Of a stretch of 64,000 nt of DNA, positions 53,363 to 64,000 are shown one piece after another. The stretch lies in contig NC_043003.1 in assembly GCF_006345805.1 (NCBI RefSeq), positions 81,530,001 through 81,594,000 of the forward strand, given 5' to 3'. The position numbers were made by a program, and so were the translations under genes. Numbering within the stretch: position 1 is the stretch's first letter; each line of letters opens with the position of its first letter. Source of the stretch: Octopus sinensis (lineage: Eukaryota). The notes under the pieces are model-generated. The model ran no database searches, had not been told where the DNA came from, and saw only the letters and a list, made by a program, of their open reading frames with translations.

Positions 53363-53785
53363 TCTTTTATCTTCTGTCTTACTTTTTTCAGTCATTAGGC
53401 TGTTGTTATGCTGAGGTACCATCTTGAAGAATATTTAGTCAAATGAATCGACCCTTGTACATTTTTTTCTTTTTAAGCCTGGTACTTATTCTATCAGTTT
53501 TTTTTCTTTTTTTGGTGAACTGCTAAGTTATGGGGATGTAAACACATCAACATGAGTTGTCAAGGGGTAGTGGAGTAAGCACACACACACACACACACAC
53601 ATGCACAAACATATATACAATGGTCTTCTCTTAGTTTCTGCCTACTAAATCCACTTACAAGTTTTGGTTACCCCGAAGCTGAAGTAGAAGACAAGACATT
53701 TTCCCAAAATGCTATGCAGTGGGTCTGAACCCGGGACTATGTGGTTGGGAAGCAAGCTTCTTACCACATAGTCACATCTGTACCT
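53363..53785 (-). mobile_element. SINE family A
   Basis: Collinear with family A; diverged. Confidence 0.8.
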
Positions 53786-54830
53786 ATATTATAGTAGAAA
53801 TTTGACTATAAATTTGGGAACTGAATTCTGCCACATGTCATATATATGGAAGAGTACCAGCCAGAAATGAAGATAGTCGATATCAGAGAAAAAAAAAAGC
53901 ATGAAAACAGAAAAGATGACTATAATAATTTTAACAATTCTAAGTACTTTTATAATGTATTTATGCCCAATTTGGAGGCCATCGATTGAAATAGTAGCAA
54001 TGCTAGTTATTTTAATAGTACATCACTGGTAATGAAGAATGTTTTTGATTGTGCTTTTAATGATATTGTCATTAAAGTTTACTTCTGGTTATTTTGATAC
54101 AAGTAAAATCATGTTGGTGATCAATTTGAAGTTTTAAATACTCCTCTGTGTTTTTATTTTATACCATATCAAACAATAGAACCAACTAATATTACTTGAT
54201 ACATTGTTTCTTTGAATTAATGCTTAAATTACAAGAGTTGTAACAGAGAGTGCTATTTATTGATTTTATTGATTATTCATATCCCCATACTCATATTAAT
54301 TAATTATTTTATCATAAATATACATTTGAATCTAGCAATTAATTTTGTATGTATATCTTTGTGTAAGAACTAATACCACAAGAAAAAAAAGTTTCAATTT
54401 TATTTGTTAGATTATTTATGTGTGTTGTATAATACATACCAACAGAAATCTTGAATTATTAATTACACACTTGATTTAAGCTTTAGAACAAGTTAACATA
54501 GAAATGTTAATTAACTTCGTAACAGTAGAAACTGTCTGTTAATGTATGACTGAGTTCTTCCAGCTTTTGGGTGATTGCCATAATCTTTCACCTGATTTAA
54601 CACCAACACCTGGCCCTCGGGAGTCTTCAATGGAATTTTCGGCCTGACAATATCATCCTGCTTGTAGTGTCTGAGGTCATAAAAAAAAAGTAGTAAAGGC
54701 TATGAAAGCCACCCTTATTCTCTGACTAAAACATAGATAATAAAAAAGGGCAAAGAACTTAATCCCCAAATATTTAAGTATCTAAAGTAATGGGCTGGCA
54801 GAATTGTTAGCAAACCAGGCAAAAATGATT

Positions 54831-55058
54831 TTCTTTTACTCTTTTACTTGTTTCAGTAATTTGACTGTGACCATGCTGGAGCACCACCTTTAATTGAGCA
54901 AATTGACCCCAGGACTTATTCTTTGTAAGCCTAGTACTTATTCTATCAGTCACTTTTGCTGAACCACTAAGTTATTGGGATGTAAACACACCAGCATTGG
55001 TTGTCAAGCGATTTTGGAGGGACAAACACAGATACACAAATATATATACACACACATA

Positions 55059-55128
<70 letters not shown>

Positions 55129-55291
55129 CGACAGGCTTTTTTCAGTTTCCGTTTACCAAATCTATTCATAAGGCTTTGGTCAGCCCGACGATATAGTAGA
55201 AGACACTTGCCCAAGGTGCCATGCAGTGGGACTGAACCCGTAACCATGTTGTTAGGAAGCAAGCTACTTACCACACAGCCACTCCTACACT
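54831..55291 (-). mobile_element. SINE family A, full length
   Basis: Collinear with family A. Confidence 0.9.
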
Positions 55292-56094
55292 TAGTTTCAC
55301 ACATCTTCATGTTCACAGTTCAAATTCTGCCAAGGTCAACTTTGTCTCTAATCCTTTTGGGGTCAATGAAATAAGTACCAGTCAAGCACTGGGGTCAATG
55401 TTATCACCTTACCCACTTCCTCAAAATTGCTGGCCTTGTGCCAAAATTTGAAATCAATATTTAATTTACCTGAATTCTGGTTTGGTACAAGAGACCACAA
55501 AACTACTGTTAATTTTGAAATTGTATTCAGCTTATTTCCATTATCAGATTTGAATTGGTTATTTATAAAGTTAGACATTTTATATATCTAAATCAGAGAC
55601 TGGTTATTTAGATTTCCTTATTGAATTGGTGGATGCACATGCTAAACAATATGATTTAGTTGTAGCAATATTTCAAATACATTCCAATGAAGCTAACATG
55701 ATAATATATGTCAGTTAGTCTCTTAAAAGTTTCTATACCGAAATTTAATGTATTTCAGAAGCAATGCAGATGTTTATATTATACATAACTCACACATACG
55801 CTCGCATATGCACACACATGTACTCACACACACATCAACATACTCACATATAAACACACATGAACAAGCTCACACACCCACATAAACACACTCACACAGT
55901 GTTCTGCTTTTCCTTATGGTCTTTTGGATACACCCAGTTTTCTTTCTGATCATTAAACATTGAAAGATATTTCAACTAATTAGATACCTGCTATGAAAGT
56001 TTCCCATTGCATAAGCTTGAAACAGGCATCTGTTCACCACATAATGAAATCCTAAACAGTTTAATCCTAAACCACACAGCCACTCCTATGCCTA

Positions 56095-56258
56095 TAGGCA
56101 TAGGAGTGACTGCGCGGTAAGTAGCTTGCTTATGAACCACATGGTTCTGGGTTCAGTCCCACTGCGTGGCACTTGGGCAAGTGTCTTCTATTATAATCTT
56201 GGGCCGACCAAAGCCTTGTCTGTAGATTTGGTAGACGGAAACTGAAAGAAGCCCGTTG

Positions 56259-56292
<34 letters not shown>

Positions 56293-56530
56293 ATATATAT
56301 ATATGTGTGTATGTATATATATATATATATGTGTGTGTGTGTATGCTTGTGTGTCTGTGTTTGTCCACCCCAACATCGCTTGACAACCGATGCTGGTGTG
56401 TCTACGTCCCTGTAACTTAGCGGTTCAGCAAAAGTGACTATAAATACTAGGCTTACAAAGAATAAGTCCTGGGGTCGATTTGCTTGACTATGGCCACAGT
56501 CAAATGACTGAAACAAGTAAAAGAGTAAAA
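56095..56530 (+). mobile_element. SINE family A with a 5' inverted duplication
   Basis: Collinear with family A; 56071-56094 is an inverted copy of its first 24 nt. Confidence 0.9.
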
Positions 56531-58718
56531 GTGTAGTATCTGATGAACTTGCCTGATTCTCAATTCAGCCTTTCATTAGTCTCTCTTATCGCACACAGCT
56601 TTCTAATTAATTCGTTTAGTGCTCAATGGGCAGTCTCTTTCAAACACATTTGAAACTATATGACTAATCATAAAGTTGTAAAATACTGTGAATAATTTAA
56701 ATTTCTTTTTAGCTAATCTTCATGGAATAAAATGGTTGCCCCAGTCTGCTGATGTAACTATTTGTTGGTTAATTTAACACAGCATTTTTATGTTTTTCAA
56801 CATTCATTTTGTCTCCATTTAAATTGATGCTTTTGGGCTCTGAAACATGACTATTCATAGAAACAAAGAATATGGAAAAGCATATAGAAATATAGAGGAA
56901 TGTTATTAAAATTGTAGATAGATTAACTTCTATTGAAATTGTGCTCATGGTGGTGGTATTGATTGCTGTTGTGCAAATTGTTAATTAGCACAACAGTTAT
57001 ACAGATAATTGCCCTAATTTTATTTATGTTTTTAAAGTATGAATTGTTATAAGAATGCTGACTTTAATCACATCGGTCATTGAGTGCAAGGTATTTGTTT
57101 TTCATTCTAACTGGAGCACAAATTTTGTTGCAATTTATAACTACCAATTTTTTTTATTAAAAGGGACACTTGCGTTTAATGAGTCTTTCTTGGAAATTAT
57201 GAATATCGAATATACAATTATTTTTTTTACATAATTCCTATAGTGCTGTATTTTGGAATGATGCCTAATCTATAATTAGTAAACAAATATGTATTTAGTT
57301 ATATTAACCTAAAACTGTTACACCAAGCAAAGAGTTATCTACTATTTATAGAAAATCTTCCTGTAGAAATAATATTTCTTATGTCATACCTTTATTCCTT
57401 AATTAGTATTGAAAGATAAAACTCACACCCACTATAACTATTTCACAATGAAGAACTGTACAGGAAAGGCCAAATAACCTGTATATAATATATGATGTAA
57501 TAAAACATTTTAAATTATTGTTGTAAGAATACAAAAATAAAAATGGTAATTTGACCAATATTTGATATTCAATATATGTGGCGATTAAATTATAAACAAT
57601 ATCCTGAATGATTATATGTATATTTTGTCATACATTATTTAAAGTTCATAGATATTCACGTCTGTGAATCTTAACAGTTGCATCTAGTGAAGTTGCTTGA
57701 ATGTAAAATTATTCCCCTCAGTTTATCTCTAATTGATACAATCAAACACTCAATGACTAATCTCTCTCTCTCTCTCTCTCTCTGATCTATGTTACACTAA
57801 ATGTCCAAATCACCTTAGACATTCAATACTGTGAATGATTGAAGTTTCCTTTTACTTAATCAAACATATTCTCTAAAAAAACAAAAAAAAACTTGATGTT
57901 GAATATTCTTGTGGTCACATTATGCATCTAGTGGCGTCTCAATTTTTTCCCAATATTTTGTTGCTACAGTAATTGCAATCAAGTAATCAATTTGTTTATT
58001 TTCATTGGATATTTTACAAATAAACAATTTATTAGCCAACTATCTTCAAAGTAAACAAGATTTCTCTTTGCATTATTTTAAGCAGAAAAGTAGAAACTTC
58101 TAACTCTGCTAGGATTTGAATAAAATAGTGATTTTACACAGTTATCTTGATTAAACTGATAAAAAGAGAATTAAGAGGTTTCAAAGAAACAAGAGATGAA
58201 AATTTGAAAGACTTGGTATATGTGATATTTGGTATAAGTGATGTTTGTTATCGGTAACTTAAAAATAATAATAAAAAACATAGCCTGTTTTAAATCGTCA
58301 GGATTAACCATATCAAGTTAGGTAGATGCATGATGTAGCCCGCAGCTACATCATCACATGAGTTATCATATGCTAAAGTAGAAGCCTCTACAGAATCAAT
58401 TGGCCATAGAGGAATATCTAGTAAATCCCAATTAAAATATACACAATGTCTTTAAAAGAAGTGCTAAATGCACAAGTTGTGGGGAGCAGATTGGATTGTT
58501 ATAGTTGGGAAAAAAACCTTTCATTGTAAATCACCTTGTGACTAGACAACAACACCGACAACAACAATAGTAGCTTCTATACTTGACCAAAGGCACTAGA
58601 GGTACAAGTACAATTACTAAAGAAAAGGTTAAATATGCTACATCTGATAAATTGCTGAAAAATGCCTCGTAACTTTATTGTTTCTGAAGACTGATGCTGA
58701 AGGGCGAAGACGTTCGAC

Positions 58719-59104
58719 CTTTATTCTCTAGAAAAACGCCACCGCCGTGGTGATCTCATTCTTGCTCACAACATCATAAGCGGAAAGTGTAACCTCTCGA
58801 AAGAGCTGTTCTTCACTCCTGATCCAGAGCGTCGGCTGCGGGGTCACTCCGAAAAGCTCTATCTGCGACGATTTCATCTCAATCGAAGGAGAGGGGCTTT
58901 CTCCGTCCGGGTTGCAGATCCGTGGAATAAGCTGCCGGACGAGATGGTGAAGATGCCGACGACCGCTCAGTTCAAAGTCTCCCTTGACCATAAGTGGCTG
59001 AACTCTTTACATGAGCACCACCCTGTACATAACTCCATGTCCCCCTACATGGCCTTGTTTTTTGCTTTTTGAGCCAAAAATTAACTAACTAACTAACTAA
59101 CTAA
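58719..59104 (+). mobile_element. CR1-clade LINE 3' end with (AACT)n tail
   Basis: LYSLEKRHRRGDLILAH...RLRGHSEKL...FSVRVADPWNKLP...FKVSLD, open frame, followed by an (AACT)n tail. Confidence 0.85.
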
Positions 59105-59468
59105 TTTAATCTGTTATTGATATTATACAAGTAGTGATTAATTGATGTAATGAAGCTGTAACTATAGTGCAAGGTATTTACCCAAGATGACATGCCGTTG
59201 GATCGAACTCAGAAGCCACATTTTGCAATGTGAAGCTCTTACCCACATGGTTGTGCAAGTAACTACATATACCCGTGTGTTACAATAGTTTACAAATGGC
59301 CACTTTAAAAATTACAAAAAGCTTTCAGCTGTCGGTAGAGTATATTTATTGGAGTGTTTAAGTTGATTACCACTGCTCCATGACTTATAGTTTCATACCA
59401 GCTAAGGAAATTGACAGATAAATGATTGAAAATCCTTCGGTCATTACTTATGTTCTATTTCAACTCAC

Positions 59469-59507
59469 CTGAATCCATTTGTTCTGTGGTTCTTGTATTT
59501 TGTAATT
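59469..59507 (-). CDS. Candidate exon, 39 nt (K)LQNTRTTEQMDS
   Basis: Strong polypyrimidine acceptor ttttctttcttttatgaatag and donor CAG|gtgagt; open reading frame, phase 1-1. Confidence 0.5.
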
Positions 59508-59588
59508 CTATTCATAAAAGAAAGAAAAATATACAACATATTTCAGCCAGTTTTTCGCTACACATCAGCAAATTTTGATGTAGCTTAC

Positions 59589-59595
59589 TAGCCAT
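59589..59595 (-). CDS. Candidate first coding segment (ATG GCT A) of the minus-strand gene
   Basis: Minus strand reads gaaATGGCTA|gtaagc. An 81-nt intron follows, ending in ttcttttatgaatag, and the phase fits the next exon. Confidence 0.35.
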
Positions 59596-60779
59596 TTCAA
59601 GCTATAATCAGTAATTCTTGAAAACTCTCGAAATATTTGCTACAAAAACTTGCCCGAAGCAAAGAAGCAGATTACATTTTCATGGATAGATCGTAAGTTA
59701 GCACATCAGCTTTTGTAAAGAATTGAACATATTAATATTTGACAAAAGTTATTTTTCTGCAAGATATGACTTCAAGCAACGACATTCACAGTTCATACGA
59801 TATGTATGCTTACATACAAAGACACGCGCACACACACTCTCTCTCTCACACACACGTATATGAATTCAAAGCAAACACGCATATGCACAAATACATATAA
59901 ATATATATGACACAGAAATGGATTCTTCATATTATACGCAAACTGAATTGGGAACCGCCGCTGGTAAATAATTCTCTTCTGAAAAGAAGAATAAAATCAT
60001 AACATTAACACGTAGAAGTAATTATAATGTCCGTAAATCACAACCTCCGAGGTCTGGAGAGCATTATAATTTAAACATCACTCAAGGTATTGACTTTTAG
60101 TTCTACTGGTATTGAATGTTGTATTAATACAATTCAATGAATACTTCAGTTTACCATCACACATGCACCTCCCTCATATACAAACACACAGAGAAATAAG
60201 TTCCGTATTCTTCAAACTTATTCTTAAGTAAATAGAGACGTAGCTTTGGCTATATTTTAAATTTTTATCTAGCACTCCTGTGAAAATTTGACCTGTGCTT
60301 GAATACAATATTCTAAAGGTTTGTATGTGTGCGCCTGTGTAGACACACACACACACATAATAACCAGTAATACAGATTAATAAATCAAAGTGGATATCTT
60401 GTAAGCATGCAATGGTTAAGCGAACTTAGCTAACTGTATCAACAATCAAATACCAATAGATCCATGTAAAATTAATTCCCCGGTGTATACATCCACACAC
60501 ACCTTCGCCCTACAAATACATCCATATGTACATACGCACGCGCACATATATGATGGACTCTCACATCAATTCTGACGTATGACTGTCCAGTTGTTCAACT
60601 GGACAATCTACTCATTGAACTAGCAAAATTTCACAGAACGGTATACAGCTACGTGTATTCTTCAACTAATTGTCAGGTAGTTCAACGCCACGGCAACTGG
60701 AATAAAAACCAGTCTAATAAGTCTGAAGACTTGAGACTGATTTTAACTTCACATAAGCTCAATTCACGACATCCACATT

Positions 60780-61290
60780 GAACCGTGATCGGGCGGAGAG
60801 AAAATGCCGAGGCCTTCGTCCTTCAGTGGCTTGAAGGTGGCTTAAAAAACAGTTACAAAAGTTTAAACTTTGATCATTTTTACTCAGTCTGCAAACAGGA
60901 TTTGGAAGCTGTGAATTTGTACATGACAATACGTGGTGTCAACTGTAAACAAATGAAATATTGGCGGATTTCTACTTTACGCACGCCATATAAGCCCTCG
61001 AGTTAAGGGTTCCTCATGAAGATAACATGGACGCCGCTCAGGCTCGAATGATTGACCGTTATAAAACCTTCTCGATTAATGTTAAGTTGCAGGCTGGAAA
61101 GCGGAGCATTTTCCAATCAAATTTGGATGTATAAGATTCGTTTGACAAAGTAGAGCCACTGTTGTTATTGCTAGGCCTAACTTATCTTGAAGCAAATACC
61201 ACCATGAATGATTTACAAACAACAGTGGAAAAGGTAATCCACAGGATTTGGTTAAAATAAGACGATGAAAAATAACTAGAAGAATATTAG
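60780..61290 (+). mobile_element. HERO/NeSL-type RLE LINE C-terminal relic
   Basis: VPHEDNMDAAQARMIDRY (RLE motif) at 61009 and MNDLQTTVEKVIHRIWLK* at 61204; homologous to the 35.2-kb relic. Confidence 0.55.
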
Positions 61291-61894
61291 GCGAAACTAA
61301 ATAACCAGTTGATTAGCAAGCGGGGCTTATTTTCAGTGAGGTGGGGCCGGTGAGTAATGATGCCGTGGAGAGGTAGGCTCCGAAGCGGCGTGCATTCTCT
61401 TCTAATGACTCCATAAACTTGCTAGCATCCGGTATGCGCAGCTTTCAACCGGTACCACTTGCATCTGCAAGTTGATTGTAAAAAATCACACGGGAACGCA
61501 AAAAACAAAAAACAAATTGGTACGTGATTTAAGGCCTATATCGCTATTATTTATCACTTCTCACAACCACCATGTAATAAGCGAAAATGACCGCGTAAGT
61601 AAGCAGCTTGGTAACAGTTGGGTTTGTTACTATAGAAACAGACATGAATGTTTCTGGTTTACGATTGGCTAAAATTACCTCAAATGTGCAAACTTTAAAA
61701 GCTATTAACTTTTTATTTATTTATTTCTGGCAAAATGAATTTCATGACTAGGATTAGCATACAAAACTACATCATTACACCTAGCATGAATCAGTTGGAA
61801 CAGAAATTACATATATATACGACGTGTTTCTTTCAGGTTCCGTTTATCAAATCCATTCACAAGGTTATAACAGAAGACACTGCCCTTTACAAAG

Positions 61895-62068
61895 CCTCTA
61901 CATTTTAGGCCAATATCTGGCTACCAAATAGTATCATACATCACATGCAAGCACTATAAAATTTACCTTCCAATCTTGAGAGAATGCCATTGCTGCCAGC
62001 AAAAGTGATAACTCCCTGAAATCCACTGCTTTTAATAGTCTTAGCTTCACTGGTAATTAGACCAGCTT
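61895..62068 (-). mobile_element. RTE ORF2 fragment
   Basis: Near-identical to 45470-45642. Confidence 0.6.
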
Positions 62069-62934
62069 AACCATGTGGTTAAGAAGCAAAATTCTTATCC
62101 CAATTCAGGCACACACAAACACATATTTGTAAAATGCAACAAGGCTTTGCACAGTTTACGTCTAACAGATCCCACATAGAATGCATTGATCGCTTTAAAA
62201 GACTGGTAAAAGACCGTCGCCGTTAGATCGAGGCCAGCAACACAATGCTACGACGCAAACTTCTAAACCACACAATCGTATCTTCCCCAATTTCATTTCT
62301 CAATTTTACTACATACTTTATGATATGCAGCTTTGACGACAGAAAAATCATTTTGCTTATCAACTTAATACATGTCTCTAAAGTTTTTACAAGCTGCTAT
62401 AGCATGTTTGATTTTTGTGAGTTACTTTGTATCATTTACTGCTGGATGCTCCGAGGCAAATTTATCATAAAGTGCTATAACAATAACAACAACTACACAA
62501 CAGACAAAGATAGCGATTTTGACAATGTTAATGATAAAGATGACAAGATTGCTTAGTGTGATGATGAGAACAATGATAACGATACTATACAAATGTTCAC
62601 AGTTAAGATGGTGAAAATTATGATAGAGAAGTAGACAAAATGATCTTGTTATGGCTTTCCATGATGTTAAATTCTGTAAATTAGTTGCTAGATAATTAAA
62701 ATCAATCAGCTTTTTCAAATGCTCGTTACCTTTCCTTCTAGAGGCCGATAACGTAATCAAATATTGCATCTTCCACATGCATACTGACTAATTATTTTAT
62801 TCCGTCTAATTATGTTAAATCTCCTTGTATTTGAAATTATATTACAATCTACTCCATAAACAATTGAAATTAATATAATGTTTAAGTGGCATTAAACCTC
62901 GCTTTCACTACCTACTCTTTACCAATTAAATATA

Positions 62935-62936
62935 TT

Positions 62937-62970
<34 letters not shown>

Positions 62971-63022
62971 CATATTTGTAGACATGCATATATATATAGA
63001 ACATAATCCATATATATATGTT

Positions 63023-63054
<32 letters not shown>

Positions 63055-63105
63055 GGCATATTGTAGACATGCATATATATATAGAAACATAATCCATATA
63101 TATAT

Positions 63106-63164
<59 letters not shown>

Positions 63165-63250
63165 GGCATATTCGTAGACATGCATATATATATATATATA
63201 GAAACATAATCGATATATATATGTTTATAAATAGATCCATATATGATAAA
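62935..63250. repeat. Minisatellite: 3 copies of an (AT)n-embedded unit ggcatattgtagacatgcatatat...gaaacataatccatat...gtttata
   Basis: Directly visible triplication with variable (AT) lengths. Confidence 0.85.
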
Positions 63251-63604
63251 TATATATATTATATAAAATACGTAAATGTGTGTTATATGTGTATGCAATA
63301 TTCATATAACATACACGTTCCTATAATACACTTTAATACGATTAAATAAACATAAATATAATATATATAATATCAATAATGTTTCTATTTATCTATCTTT
63401 TTTCTCTCTCACACTATGTATATAATTATTATATAAATGTATATAATTATTAAAGTGGCAAGAGGTAATTGAAAACCAAAAGATACAAAGAGGCGCAAAA
63501 ACAATACACTAAAAGGGACGAAGGGTGCAAGTCAACACCAGCACTGCTAGAAATAAGAGTCAAAATAACTCCTAGCCACGATCAGTGTATTTACTGTTTA
63601 ACAG

Positions 63605-63720
63605 ATCACTTTCTATACACTGACAAGGGAGATGGCTTCCCTACAGCAAGCAAGGGCATCTGGAACGGCCGGCTGATTTCGGATAGAATTAATCCTCAGC
63701 GGTGACTCCGTTGCCGATGG
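63605..63720 (+). other. Candidate exon of a plus-strand gene, ending in ATG G|gtaagt
   Basis: Acceptor ctgtttaacag, CpG-rich body, ATG at 63717-63719 and a consensus donor at 63721. Confidence 0.25.
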
Positions 63721-64000
63721 GTAAGTTAAATCGACTTGTCAGTTTATAGACTATACCATAGGAAACAGTGGCTGATTCACTAAAATGGTAAAGTGAAAAT
63801 TACAAAATTAATAAAGTGGCTAGACACAATTTAAAACCAAAAGACACAAATACAATCGTCACTAAAAGTGACTAAGTGTGCAAGTGTCTAGCATTGTAAG
63901 AAATAAGAGTCAAAATAATTCTTAGCCACAAACAGAACAACTAAATGATATTAAGTTTGTTGAGATAATTTTGAAATATAACTTCCAAAAACCTCTTCTG

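Noticed and set aside
57427-57478. Minus-strand exon LFGLSCTVLHCEIVIVG
   Set aside because: It fits only the frame of the 59469 exon that is incompatible with the ATG-bearing model and has no motif support; not excluded as an alternative exon.
58330-58354. Perfect 10-bp hairpin atgatgtagc/gctacatcat as a Helitron end or terminator
   Set aside because: No CTRR at the expected distance; an isolated short hairpin is plausible by chance.
58683-58718. ctgaaga...cgaagacgttcgac as a hammerhead
   Set aside because: GAAA is broken, there is no stem I partner, and it overlaps the CR1 5' junction.
61198-61240. Kozak accaccATG followed by a GT donor (MNDLQTTVEK|gtaatc) as a first exon
   Set aside because: The peptide matches the C-terminus of the HERO-like LINE relic also seen at 35.2 kb.

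Overview
AT-rich, microsatellite-dense eukaryotic genomic DNA. The SINE and RTE families look like those of Octopus genomes (inference from remembered repeat families). Most of the window is retroelement debris: four tRNA-derived SINE families, one 5'-truncated RTE LINE with a near-intact RT ORF, many RTE 3' tails, and relics of R4/Dong, CR1, HERO/NeSL-type and Penelope-like elements. There is also a decayed mariner and piggyBac-type MITEs. A minus-strand, intron-rich gene can be threaded through the repeats from about 59.6 kb to at least 11.8 kb. Its exon translations are collinear with motifs I remember from CFAP61, but several exons carry stops or frameshifts, so it is probably a decayed copy. 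The most striking structures are fold-back palindromes, mostly inserted at (TA)n tracts. One perfect 349-bp palindrome (49907-50255) encodes a complete minimal hammerhead ribozyme on each strand. A second (20817-20907) has one complete hammerhead, and a third (13641-13827) has a hammerhead-like core. An 11-copy alternating 32/25-bp hairpin array (42849-43164) has a 13-nt core identical to the T-DNA right-border/relaxase nick core. No rRNA, true tRNA gene or CRISPR array was found. All homology calls come from reading the sequence and from memory; no database search was run.
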